The position numbers and the translations under genes were made by a program. Shown piece by piece: positions 18,217 to 27,570 of a stretch of DNA of 64,000 nucleotides. Each line of letters starts with the position of its first letter. Positions within the stretch are counted from its first letter, which is position 1. Source of the DNA: a virus (Duplodnaviria; Caudoviricetes); IMG/VR virus record IMGVR_UViG_3300033145_002015, positions 26,600-90,599 of that record. The stretch is one strand, 5' to 3'. The notes below the pieces were generated by a model. The model was not told the DNA's origin. It ran no database searches and saw only the letters and a list, made by a program, of their open reading frames with translations.

Positions 18217-19593
18217 CTACCTCCTCACTTGAACGATTTCCGCCCCCATTGTCGCATAGTGTCGCAATCTTCGCTGGAGCATCACCCGGCAATCCGAATA
18301 GACCAGATCCACCAAATCTATGACGACCGGGGGCTTCTTGCCTGGAACATACCTGCGAATCCTTCCTACTACCTGCGTGGCCGAGCTTCTGGGTGTTCCC
18401 CAAACTAAGGCTGATAATGTCGGAATGTCGGTTCCTTCCTGGATAGCGCCGAATGTGGCCAAAATGACCGAACATTCACGTTCAATCCTGGCTCGTTCTT
18501 CATCATTGGTCCCGCTCACATATTTCCCCATCGCTCCGGGCGGAATGCGGTATCGATCAAGAAGCATGTCATATAACAGCTTTATCTGTTTCAGCCTGCT
18601 GGAAACCAAAAGCACTCGATATCCCTTCCTGCGGAGGACATCGATATATTTGGCGATAGCTGCGTTCCGCCGCCTATCGGAAGCCAATCTACTATCCAGT
18701 GTCCCCATTCGGAGCATATCGTTTTGGATCGATTTGAGCCATTCCTCCAAATCAGGATTCCCGAATCGATTTGGAATGACGAAAACCTTGGGAGCCGGCA
18801 TCTGAATCTGATCCATTTGGATGATATGTTGCCCGATGGTCATGGATGGAACGACATCCATTCCATCGGTACGTCTCGGAGTGGCAGTCAAACCTATCCG
18901 ATAGCGGGCAGGGAACATAGATGCCACCCGTCCCAATTGCTCGGCACCTGTTCGATGGCATTCATCGATCACGACAGTTCCGAAGTAATCATAGATCTCC
19001 TTGGGATATGGATGTTTCCGAAGTGTGAGCGAATGCATCATTCCGATAACGATTCGTTTTCCGTCGAAATTACAAACGTTCTGTCGAATCAGCCCAATAT
19101 CATCGTCAGTCAGAGTCGAATGCTTTTTAATTCGCTGTCTCCACTGTTGGATGAGATTCTCTTGGTGGACCACTACAAGCGTAGGTCTCGCAAGTTTGGC
19201 CACCATGCGCAAAGCCATTACCGTCTTCCCGCTTCCAGTAGGAGCGATCAGCAGAATTCCAGTGCCCCCATTATCCACGATACGAGCAAATTGATTCAGC
19301 GCCGCATCTTGATGCCCCCGTTTGGCAAAGTTCGGATCATCCACGAAATTGAATGGTTCGATATCAGGCCCCAAGACAGTATAGTCTTCCACATCAAACC
19401 ATCTTTTCGCTTCAGGGGCATACCGTGGAATTCCAATATGCGCCTTCGCTTCCCGAACCAGAGATACGGTCGCTCGTGTCCCATCCGCCCTGACGAAGCG
19501 AGATCGAAACTGATACCGCTTCCGAAGATCCTCAAGGGAAGGAATTTCGCTCTTCGGAAGAAATAAATGGGTATAAAGTATGGCCTTGCGCAT
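18217..19593 (-). CDS. superfamily 2 DNA helicase (UvsW/ResIII-like)
   Basis: APTGSGKT, DECH, TAT and QVVGRIRR motifs. Confidence 0.9.
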   Translation of the reverse strand: MRKAILYTHLFLPKSEIPSLEDLRKRYQFRSRFVRADGTRATVSLVREAKAHIGIPRYAPEAKRWFDVEDYTVLGPDIEPFNFVDDPNFAKRGHQDAALNQFARIVDNGGTGILLIAPTGSGKTVMALRMVAKLARPTLVVVHQENLIQQWRQRIKKHSTLTDDDIGLIRQNVCNFDGKRIVIGMMHSLTLRKHPYPKEIYDYFGTVVIDECHRTGAEQLGRVASMFPARYRIGLTATPRRTDGMDVVPSMTIGQHIIQMDQIQMPAPKVFVIPNRFGNPDLEEWLKSIQNDMLRMGTLDSRLASDRRRNAAIAKYIDVLRRKGYRVLLVSSRLKQIKLLYDMLLDRYRIPPGAMGKYVSGTNDEERARIERECSVILATFGAIQEGTDIPTLSALVWGTPRSSATQVVGRIRRYVPGKKPPVVIDLVDLVYSDCRVMLQRRLRHYATMGAEIVQVRR

Positions 19594-19605
19594 GCGGTCC
19601 TGCCT

Positions 19606-20352
19606 TTAGAACGGAATATCATCTTCCGAGTCAGCGGATTCTCCCCCCAGAAGGTCTTCAAGCGTCTCGCCGGATCCAGCTCCAAATTCATCCGAATGCC
19701 CTACCGGAGGAGGCAGTTTTGCCATTTCCCGCAATTGGTCTGCAGATTTCGGAGCAAAAATTTCCAGATAATTGAATGGTTTGAGCCATTCTTCTTTTTC
19801 TGCAAGAGTAGCTCCCTGTGCAATGGACAAAAGCTGCTTTTTGGTGAGTCTTCCAATATATTGGAAATCTTCACCTGTGGCAGCTTCATCCGGAGCGTCC
19901 CTGGAAACTTCCATGACGACATTGGTCAGATCTCCTTTGATGCGCTCATCCCTGTCTCTGACCTTCTTCAATTTTCGATGCGCCCGAGGCTTCATAACCA
20001 GTAGCCGCTTCGTATTCTGAACGGCATTCCCGTCCTTCGTTGTGAATTTGGTGTGATCGATGATGGTGTATGCACATACCCATACAGGTTTATCCTTGAC
20101 TTCACACAAAGGACAATTATCAATATCCGACAAGCACGTCTCGTAGGAAAAAGAAAACGATCCACCGACCTGCTGCTGCCTGATCTGATGCTCATAAAAG
20201 TAGAAACCTTCGCTGTCTAGGAAAGTAATTCTGGTAGACTTTCCGTCCTTAATCCAAAACCGTTGGTCCTTGACCGACCTGGATCCAATGGGATTCCTTT
20301 CCAACTCCTCTGACCTGGCTTCTCCGTCTCGTCCTCGCTTGTACCAAGACAT
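19606..20352 (-). CDS. putative single-stranded DNA-binding protein
   Basis: H..C....CPLC Zn site, acidic C-terminus ending EDDIPF, located between primase and helicase. Confidence 0.7.
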   Translation of the reverse strand: MSWYKRGRDGEARSEELERNPIGSRSVKDQRFWIKDGKSTRITFLDSEGFYFYEHQIRQQQVGGSFSFSYETCLSDIDNCPLCEVKDKPVWVCAYTIIDHTKFTTKDGNAVQNTKRLLVMKPRAHRKLKKVRDRDERIKGDLTNVVMEVSRDAPDEAATGEDFQYIGRLTKKQLLSIAQGATLAEKEEWLKPFNYLEIFAPKSADQLREMAKLPPPVGHSDEFGAGSGETLEDLLGGESADSEDDIPF

Positions 20353-20365
20353 ACCTTAGCCTCCT

Positions 20366-21358
20366 TCAAACTTTTTTGGCCCGTTTGAGAGCCTGCGTTA
20401 ATTGATGTTTGGATTGAAGCTCTCCGGGATCTTTCACTCCAACATCGCCCCAATCCACTTCAAACATCCTGAGCGCCTTACATTGACGCTTTACCCTTTC
20501 TGCGCTTGCCCTTCCGGCATCATCAGCGTCAAAGCCCAACACGATGGTCGGAAAACATAGTGCGCCTAACTGCGAACGCCGTATGGGTCCGGCCGTAGCG
20601 ACGGCATTACCGAAACCCAGATCATATAGCCTTAAAACATCCAAACAGGACTCCACGACCAAAACCGGCCGGTCATAATCGATCTTATCCAGACCGAACA
20701 ACATTCCTGTCTTTGCCACTGTCGGCAATGGTGTTTTGCTGCCGATCAATTTTTCGGTGATCTCGAAAAATATTTTCCGTCTGATAGATCTCGAATGCAG
20801 ACCCCAACAGAGTCCATCATACCCGATTAACGGGAAAACAACATGTGGATACGAATCCAAATACTTCCAGCATCTGAGCCGATAGCGCTCCACTGTAGAA
20901 AGCGAAATTTTGCGTCCTTCAAAAAACGTCGAAAAAGCGTCGAAATCAGGCATATCCTTAGTTATCAAAGGAAATTGATCCAATACAGCCTGCGGAACGG
21001 CCTGAATCTTTTCTTCGTCGAACGCTGATTTATATGGATCGACGAATTTGGCTTTGGTGCCGCTTTCTTCTTCATCGATCTCATATTCGGCGAGAAGCAT
21101 GGATGCTTCCCGATATCTGTACGAATGCCTGAATGTCAATGTGTGCAGTAATTTGCGGAGAGAACCGTTTCTCCCGCATCCGAAGCAGAAATACCATGAT
21201 GGAGCATCATCCAGGATTTCTATTCCAAACGAAGGATGGCGGTCCTCCCCGCCGGCATGAAGCCAACCGAACGGGCACTTTCCCCGAAGCCATCTATCGG
21301 AGACTTTGAGGTTCAGATTAAGTGCCTTCGTAAACGCCATTATTGCTTCGCTGTCCAT
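20366..21358 (-). CDS. dnaG: DNA primase (CHC2 Zn finger plus TOPRIM)
   Basis: CPFGWLH...CFGC Zn finger; VVESCLDV and FDADDAG TOPRIM motifs. Confidence 0.88.
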   Translation of the reverse strand: MDSEAIMAFTKALNLNLKVSDRWLRGKCPFGWLHAGGEDRHPSFGIEILDDAPSWYFCFGCGRNGSLRKLLHTLTFRHSYRYREASMLLAEYEIDEEESGTKAKFVDPYKSAFDEEKIQAVPQAVLDQFPLITKDMPDFDAFSTFFEGRKISLSTVERYRLRCWKYLDSYPHVVFPLIGYDGLCWGLHSRSIRRKIFFEITEKLIGSKTPLPTVAKTGMLFGLDKIDYDRPVLVVESCLDVLRLYDLGFGNAVATAGPIRRSQLGALCFPTIVLGFDADDAGRASAERVKRQCKALRMFEVDWGDVGVKDPGELQSKHQLTQALKRAKKV

Positions 21359-21783
21359 TATTTCCGCTTGATAATGATTCCAGAAATCGTTTCTGTCTCG
21401 GTCCAGATCTGGCTGAGATCCATCGCCCCGATGTATTTTTTGGCATCCGCGACCCTGACAGTCACCAGATCATAGAACATCCGGGCTTTTCCGAGCTTCT
21501 TCAGCAAGCTATGAAATGCCTCGGGAGGAATTTGCGTAAGAACTCGGACCTTCGGAGTAGCGATATGAGTAGGCGTTTCAAGAACCATGCTTTTCCCGCC
21601 ATTGAAGAATTCGATGATCGCCTGCTTCAGCGGTTCCATCTCTTTCTTGAGACTTTTCAGCTCTTGCTCCAGCACGGAACGTTTGAAGTCCAGCTCAGCA
21701 TAACGATCCACAATAGTCGTCATCCTGAGAGTCTTTTCCCGTCCATTCCCATTCAGAATTTTTCGTTTGAGTAATCTTGCCAT
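21358..21783 (-). CDS. hypothetical protein (coiled-coil N-terminus)
   Basis: GGAGG SD; first gene after promoter 21816-21844. Confidence 0.6.
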   Translation of the reverse strand: MARLLKRKILNGNGREKTLRMTTIVDRYAELDFKRSVLEQELKSLKKEMEPLKQAIIEFFNGGKSMVLETPTHIATPKVRVLTQIPPEAFHSLLKKLGKARMFYDLVTVRVADAKKYIGAMDLSQIWTETETISGIIIKRK

Positions 21784-21815
21784 CGCCCATCACCTCCTGT
21801 TATTTTGGTTACCCT

Positions 21816-21844
21816 TTTATAGCATTGTTTCATCCAAATGTCAA
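21816..21844 (-). promoter_or_regulatory. sigma70-like promoter
   Basis: TTGACA-N17-TATAAA preceded by GATTTTTTTC. Confidence 0.8.
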
Positions 21845-21852
21845 GAAAAAAA

Positions 21853-23175
21853 TCAAGAAAAATCGTTTTCCGACTCTAAAACTTCCGATTGAGCGAAAAT
21901 GACTCCCGCCTCAGCAATTCTCATGCGGAACAGGTCGAATAGAATCTTTATCACAGCGAAGCCTCCCTCCCGATCTTTCATGACTGTCAGAATCCGTGTT
22001 GTTTCCCCACTATCCATGCTGAAGTCATCAACAGTAGACTCAGAAGTTTCGTCCAGAGAAATATCCAGGGCGATGGCGGCCGCCTGTCCGATGGTATCCG
22101 AATAACCGATGGTTTCCAAAGTTCCTCCCGCCATCGAAGAAGAGCGATCTCTCTTGGCTCTATTGGATATGACGGATTTACGGCCTTGTTGATATGATGC
22201 CACGACTGGAATTCTGAGATCCAAGGCCAATTTTCTAAGGTCTCTGGCGACGGATGAGACACGTTCCCACGTTGATGGTTCCCGCCGATCAGGTTCGACC
22301 ATGTAAGCGCCATCCACAAAGACAATATCAGGTTCGATTTCTCGGACACGCATCAGCAAATCCGAAATTTTCGTGGATAAACTGCCTTCCATGATGAAGA
22401 ACTCATCCCGTTCCGCCAACATTGCTCTGGCTTCTTCGACTTTTCGCATGGCATATGGGCTTAGCTTACCGGAACGTAAACGCCCATGCGGGACGTGGGA
22501 TATCAGGGATAGCAATCTCGACGTACATTGAGACGCCGGCATCTCCATTGATACGAATAGCACTTTACGGTTTTGGGCGAAGTACGTATTGAGAGCCATA
22601 TGAAGCAAAAGATAAGTTTTACCAGCACCAGGTCTCCCGGCCACCACCAAAAAGTCTTCATTCTGCAATCCCCCTGTCATGTTGTCCAATGTCGGAAATC
22701 CAAGAGATAATCCCAAGAGCGTTGACGCCCTCTGGTATTCTCGATGCCTCTGCACGACCATTTCAGAGGCATCGCTGACTTTAATAACCGGATTGCTTTG
22801 ATGAACAGTCCTAGATGCAACCGCAATTGATTGCAGCCGGTTATAGGCTTCTTTTGGTTTACCACTAGCCAGAAGCCTTCTCGTGTCTTCGATCCCCCTT
22901 TCCAAAATCTCATGAAGACGACGCTCTTTGATCCGCTCCGCCCAAAAAGCGAGCGGAGCTTGGGGCATTTGCCGCGGAAATTTGATTCCAAGCTCCGCTT
23001 CGACGATCTCCAACTCAGGAATAGTCCCGAATCTAGAATAAAAGTTCTCGATAAAAAGCAGCACATTTTTTTCAGATTCATGAAAGAAGCTCCTGTCCAA
23101 GCCCAATTCCGTCAGCACTAATGGGGGGCTCTTCTCCCTTATCAACGCCTTCAGTATTCCCAGCCCAAGGCTCAT
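21853..23175 (-). CDS. dnaB: DnaB-like replicative helicase
   Basis: AGRPGAGKT, FVSMEM, VFVDGAYM, YQQGR and VMKDREG motifs. Confidence 0.92.
   Translation of the reverse strand: MSLGLGILKALIREKSPPLVLTELGLDRSFFHESEKNVLLFIENFYSRFGTIPELEIVEAELGIKFPRQMPQAPLAFWAERIKERRLHEILERGIEDTRRLLASGKPKEAYNRLQSIAVASRTVHQSNPVIKVSDASEMVVQRHREYQRASTLLGLSLGFPTLDNMTGGLQNEDFLVVAGRPGAGKTYLLLHMALNTYFAQNRKVLFVSMEMPASQCTSRLLSLISHVPHGRLRSGKLSPYAMRKVEEARAMLAERDEFFIMEGSLSTKISDLLMRVREIEPDIVFVDGAYMVEPDRREPSTWERVSSVARDLRKLALDLRIPVVASYQQGRKSVISNRAKRDRSSSMAGGTLETIGYSDTIGQAAAIALDISLDETSESTVDDFSMDSGETTRILTVMKDREGGFAVIKILFDLFRMRIAEAGVIFAQSEVLESENDFS
22822..22835. repeat. dispersed palindrome copy 4 (CGCAATTGATTGCA)
   Basis: inside dnaB, read as LQSIA. 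Confidence 0.9.
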
Positions 23176-23749
23176 CCAACAACTCCTCTGCTTTATTATC
23201 GATTAGTTTCGCTATTTTAGCCGAAAAAGCATCTCCATATCCTATGTCAGGTTCCATAAACAACACAAGATGCTGCTTATGTGTCAGAATTTCCAGCAGA
23301 AAATTGTCAATTCTCAGATAAGACGGGACCGATTCGACAAAATACAAAATCATCCCCGGCGCTCGAAGAACGTCTTCATAATATTCCATATCCCTTTCCC
23401 TGAGCGCCAAAGCCAACTCCGTATACGAACAGCGGGCGGCCCGCTTCAACACGTTGCAAGCATATCCAATCTCGGTCCATTCGGCCAAGTCAAGCACTTT
23501 CTGCGGATTCGCCAAGCGGACAATCGGCCACTTGCCCCTATTGAGAGCATTTAGAATCAAGCTGAATCCACGACATACCCACCCAGGAGGTGTCGTCTTC
23601 TCCAGAAGCACCTGCCTGTGATTCGTTATCAGATACCTCATCAGATTCGGGGAAACTCGCCCAGAATTCTTCATCAGTTGGTCCGGCCATATCAATGTAT
23701 TCTCTTCGGTACATTTCTTCAAAGATTTTATCTTGTTCTCGCTCTTCAT
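23078..23749 (-). CDS. hypothetical protein, possibly a degenerate DnaC/IstB-like helicase loader
   Basis: sits between the initiator-like gene and dnaB; SYTELALALRER..EDVLRAPGMILY resembles the DnaC mid-region but has no intact Walker motifs; true start probably near 23540. Confidence 0.35.
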   Translation of the reverse strand: MKSENKIKSLKKCTEENTLIWPDQLMKNSGRVSPNLMRYLITNHRQVLLEKTTPPGWVCRGFSLILNALNRGKWPIVRLANPQKVLDLAEWTEIGYACNVLKRAARCSYTELALALRERDMEYYEDVLRAPGMILYFVESVPSYLRIDNFLLEILTHKQHLVLFMEPDIGYGDAFSAKIAKLIDNKAEELLDEPWAGNTEGVDKGEEPPISADGIGLGQELLS

Positions 23750-24827
23750 GCCTCCTCCACTTTTCAGGATCTACCAATTGCCAATAAAATTTGTCTTCAT
23801 CGGACACAGTGAGCAAGGATTTCCGCCGTTTCTCTTCTTCCCTTCGCCTCTCTGCGTCTCGTAGTCTGGCTCGTCGCCTAGCTTCCGCGCTTTGTCTCTG
23901 CATATCCTGCCATTCAGCTACTACTTTCCTGAAGACTTTGGCATAGGTGAATAAATTTTCCAGATTGGGGAGGGTACTAATGGCCGTCCGCATCTCATAC
24001 GACATCGACGCCTGCGCCCTTTTCGAGTAGATATGCCAATTCGTCAGAACTTCTGAAACAAAGTCAATAGCTTCCTGCTCATTCCCGTCGAAATACAGAT
24101 TCAGGAAGTTTTTGGCCTGCCCCCTGAATTTCCCCGTCAATACAGGTTTCAGCCGCTTCTCCGGCGGGAGCGCATCAATAAGCCGGCATACCTTCCCGAC
24201 GAAGGTTGACGGGGGACGCCCTCGTTTCTTGGCCAATCGCCGCTGGCGTTTGATCTTGCCTGCTTCAATCTTTTGTTCAGCCGCTTTTAATGCATCATCG
24301 ATCGTCGAGAACATGGTTTCAACCTTCTTCCAATTCGGCCTTCGGCCCGAAAGATCGAATTTCATCCCGTTCATGATTTCCAGCATAACATCAAGATGGA
24401 TGAGTAAGTCAAACCCTTTTTTATCGCCGTCGATCCATCCTTCATCAACAAGCCGAAGCAGCCGGGGAGCCATCAGCATCCCGCAAGAACGTCCCTTCAG
24501 CATGAGATGCGCCGCAGAAACATACCCTTCGGAAATAAGCCACCTTCTGGCTTTCACAACAGTCGGCTTGGACCTAAGACATCCATTATGGGCGGATTTC
24601 CTCCCGAAAACCAACTCATTGAGCGGGAACAACTCAAAAATCTTCTTCCACTTCACCAAGGTTTCCTCGATAAGGAAATTCAACATCCAATCGTATTTTA
24701 TCCTTGTGCGGGACACTTTACCAGGCAGAACTATAGTTCTCAAGGCTCTAACAGATTTCCGGCCGCCGATCCAATCAATCACGTAATCGTTGATCGCATC
24801 AATGATGGAGCATAGCTGCGTTCTCAT
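23538..24827 (-). CDS. putative replication initiator
   Basis: wHTH-like N-region (SKPTVVKARRWLISEGYV); first gene of the dnaB operon; ATG 24827 with GGAGGTG SD. Confidence 0.45.
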   Translation of the reverse strand: MRTQLCSIIDAINDYVIDWIGGRKSVRALRTIVLPGKVSRTRIKYDWMLNFLIEETLVKWKKIFELFPLNELVFGRKSAHNGCLRSKPTVVKARRWLISEGYVSAAHLMLKGRSCGMLMAPRLLRLVDEGWIDGDKKGFDLLIHLDVMLEIMNGMKFDLSGRRPNWKKVETMFSTIDDALKAAEQKIEAGKIKRQRRLAKKRGRPPSTFVGKVCRLIDALPPEKRLKPVLTGKFRGQAKNFLNLYFDGNEQEAIDFVSEVLTNWHIYSKRAQASMSYEMRTAISTLPNLENLFTYAKVFRKVVAEWQDMQRQSAEARRRARLRDAERRREEEKRRKSLLTVSDEDKFYWQLVDPEKWRRHEEREQDKIFEEMYRREYIDMAGPTDEEFWASFPESDEVSDNESQAGASGEDDTSWVGMSWIQLDSKCSQ

Positions 24828-24853
24828 CTCACACCTCCAAGCGTGGTTTGCCC

Positions 24854-24882
24854 AAGATAACAAACTTCCAGGGCAATGTCAA
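24854..24882 (-). promoter_or_regulatory. sigma70-like promoter
   Basis: TTGACA-N17-TATCTT preceded by GAATCTTTGTC. Confidence 0.65.
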
Positions 24883-25105
24883 GACAAAGATTCGCCGTTC
24901 AAACGATCCAAACAACGCCACCATCTCTCCAGCAAAACTGAATCTCATTCATTTTCGCGTCTATCCTTTCAGCACTTTTTTCGACGAAACGCTTCCCTGA
25001 AACCTCTTCTTATCCCAATGTCTTCCCCTGAAGGCTGCCGCTGCCGCTCCGACGGCAGCAGTTATGCAGTTCCCTGCAGTTCCCTGGAGACTAGTTTTTA
25101 GATTT

Positions 25106-25220
<115 letters not shown>

Positions 25221-25487
25221 CAGTCCTTTCTAAAAGAAGACCTTATGGTCTTCTATATAGTAAGAAGGTATAGGGAGTAAACCCAGGTAACTAGGGATGA
25301 GTTAAATAACTTAACTAGGCATGAGTTCAATCCTTTGTACGAAAAAGATATTGTAAAAGTACCACATTGTGGTAGCATTTTTGAGTATTGTAATATCATC
25401 TTGTTTGCATCAAATTTGGATGGTGGGGATATTGTTATGGTATATTCTTTTCCCCACCATCTCAGTGTCAGTACCAAGAATATCTGA

Positions 25488-25748
25488 TTAGTCGTCATCA
25501 TCGAAATCATAAAGAAGTCGTTTCATGATTTCTTCATCCTTCCCTCGAAGATAATTCAGATCCTTTATCGAAGTATTGATCTCATCCACCAGATCTCCGA
25601 AAGACATTCCAAGGGAAATCGCAATGGCGATCGGACCGAAGACAATTCTATAGATCTTGTAAGTCTCCCACCATTGAAAGTTTACATAGAGCAGCCTTTC
25701 CAGGCTGAAGTCGAAGTCTACGATGATCGACCAAGCAAATTTTTTCAT
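25488..25748 (-). CDS. hypothetical protein
   Basis: ATG 25748 with GGAGG SD; acidic C-terminus. Confidence 0.5.
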   Translation of the reverse strand: MKKFAWSIIVDFDFSLERLLYVNFQWWETYKIYRIVFGPIAIAISLGMSFGDLVDEINTSIKDLNYLRGKDEEIMKRLLYDFDDDD

Positions 25749-25936
25749 TTCCACCTCCATTTTTTTCTTGACAAGCACCAAGGCTATTGCTATCATGTAC
25801 TTACGATGTGGGCGAGGGGCGGCATTTTTTGGTTCAATGAAACTGTTCCCCTCTTCTCAACAGTTTCAGCTTTAATGGTTACCACCTCCTTAAAGACAAA
25901 GCCAAAGCATCCAACACACCTCCAACAGCCAATCGC

Positions 25937-26230
25937 TCACATCGTTTTTTCTTTGCACCTTAAGAGCCATTCCTGAATCAGCCTTCGTTCTGTTGCTATA
26001 GCTTCTCCCCGATTCTTGAAGATGGATGCGGCGGAAGCCAATGCTTCCCGTGCTTCCGGGGAAATCGGAATAATTTCCCAGCCTCGCTTGGTTTCATTAT
26101 ATCTGACATCAGTCATCCGCTTCACGGAAACCGATGTCGCCTTTTCGAGAATCGATACCAATGCATCGTCATACATCCCGGCCAGCGTCCCGTCCTGTTC
26201 GATCCTGAGAACCAATTTGCTCATGACCAT
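25937..26230 (-). CDS. hypothetical protein of the kind found next to DUF2997/DUF1257 genes
   Basis: LRIEQDGTLAGMYDD..VKRMTDVRYNE..GWEI..FKNRGEAIATE motif pattern. Confidence 0.6.
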   Translation of the reverse strand: MVMSKLVLRIEQDGTLAGMYDDALVSILEKATSVSVKRMTDVRYNETKRGWEIIPISPEAREALASAASIFKNRGEAIATERRLIQEWLLRCKEKTM

Positions 26231-26412
26231 TCCTCTTCAAACTGCGGAATCTTCTCTTCAGCATAATATTCCGGCTTAAGGCGGGTTTCTGTGGCTCCCC
26301 CAAGGCGGGATATTAGATGAGAAGTTAAATCCGTACAGGATGCTCCCATCACTCCGTCCACATCAATGGTGATTGTTCCATCATGCTTTACTCTTACTTC
26401 TATCCTCGACAT
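26221..26412 (-). CDS. DUF2997 family protein
   Basis: IEVRVKHDGTITIDVDGVMGASCTDLT..LKPEYY. Confidence 0.8.
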   Translation of the reverse strand: MSRIEVRVKHDGTITIDVDGVMGASCTDLTSHLISRLGGATETRLKPEYYAEEKIPQFEEEWS

Positions 26413-26425
26413 AGCTTCACTCCAA

Positions 26426-26818
26426 TCAATTCTGATATACTAGGACTAATTCCTGAGTCGCAGGATCGACCTTCTTTTCAGTCATAATGTATCCTTGGTT
26501 CATCAATTCTTCGGAGACCACGATTTCGGTATAAGTTTTTGCCAGTTTGCCACAATTGCGGCCAAGAATTCCTCCGATTGGATTATCATAATAATCCAGG
26601 ACCACATTATAGTGATCGCCATCTTTGACCACAGCGGCCCCGTAGGTCGGCGTAGCTTCCTGGCCAATTTCAGTGATCACCCCGGCGCAATCAATTGCGC
26701 CTCCATACTTGGAAACATATTTGGCTTGTTCCGTGAATTGCAAATTCAACATCGCCAAAGCCCGCTTCAAGGTGGGAAGATCTTTGATCTTCCAGGTTGA
26801 CTTGGTGAAGTGACTCAT
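26426..26818 (-). CDS. DUF1257/Ycf35 family protein
   Basis: MSHFTK..KIKDLPTLKRAL..L N-terminal signature; LAKTYTE..V..E...QGY. Confidence 0.8.
   Translation of the reverse strand: MSHFTKSTWKIKDLPTLKRALAMLNLQFTEQAKYVSKYGGAIDCAGVITEIGQEATPTYGAAVVKDGDHYNVVLDYYDNPIGGILGRNCGKLAKTYTEIVVSEELMNQGYIMTEKKVDPATQELVLVYQN
26686..26699. repeat. dispersed palindrome copy 5 (CGCAATCAATTGCG)
   Basis: inside the DUF1257 gene, read as GAIDCA; arms extend to 18 bp. Confidence 0.9.
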
Positions 26819-26837
26819 CTGATACCCTCCCTTTCGA

Positions 26838-27482
26838 TTAGTGTTTACGTCTTCGGGTCACCATTCTTACTTTCGCCGAAGGCGGTGCGCTCACGGTGAC
26901 CATCTGCTGCAGCATTCTCAAAGGAAGCTGAGCAATGTTCCAGTAAAAAGATAATGATGTTTTGTTTCCGGCCAAAGCCTCTTGAAGTTCGGAGCCATTC
27001 ATGATTTTGAACTTCCCGCACAGTAGCATGGATGCTGGTTTCTTGAATACAGGATTCAAGTCAGTTAGCCCCACCACAGAAGCATCGGCGTCATCGGATG
27101 CCAGCTTGAGATATATGCTATACGTATGTTTCCTCCTACCATCCCCAAACTGTTTTGACAAAAATAGTTTAAAATTCGGAGTCGTAGATTGCACGAATAT
27201 GAGATACGACGTTTGGCTCATTTTCAAATTGTCCCTGATGGCGGAAGGAATAATATGTGAAATCCGAGGCCATATCTCGGGAGTAATCGAAGATACTCTT
27301 ACATTGAAATGCAATTGCGGGATCACTTGAATAGCCTTGCACACCCCGAAGCTGCGGCATTCTGAAAGATACAGTTCTTTTCCTCCTACAATGGGAAACA
27401 GGATAAATTTGTCCCCTGACGGGGAGATTCTCTGTCCGAAGTTGTTAGGATCCGGGGCCATTACAGCGTAAGTATATGCCAT
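26838..27482 (-). CDS. hypothetical protein
   Basis: 214-aa ORF, first gene after promoter 27530-27558. Confidence 0.65.
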   Translation of the reverse strand: MAYTYAVMAPDPNNFGQRISPSGDKFILFPIVGGKELYLSECRSFGVCKAIQVIPQLHFNVRVSSITPEIWPRISHIIPSAIRDNLKMSQTSYLIFVQSTTPNFKLFLSKQFGDGRRKHTYSIYLKLASDDADASVVGLTDLNPVFKKPASMLLCGKFKIMNGSELQEALAGNKTSLSFYWNIAQLPLRMLQQMVTVSAPPSAKVRMVTRRRKH

Positions 27483-27529
27483 GACAGACTCCTTTGAAAA
27501 AAATACTTATCCCGATCTATGTTGGGATG

Positions 27530-27558
27530 AGTATATCTTATCAGAGAGTCTTTGTCAA
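27530..27558 (-). promoter_or_regulatory. sigma70-like promoter
   Basis: TTGACA-N17-TATACT preceded by GATTTTTTTC. Confidence 0.8.
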
Positions 27559-27570
27559 GAAAAAAATCGA

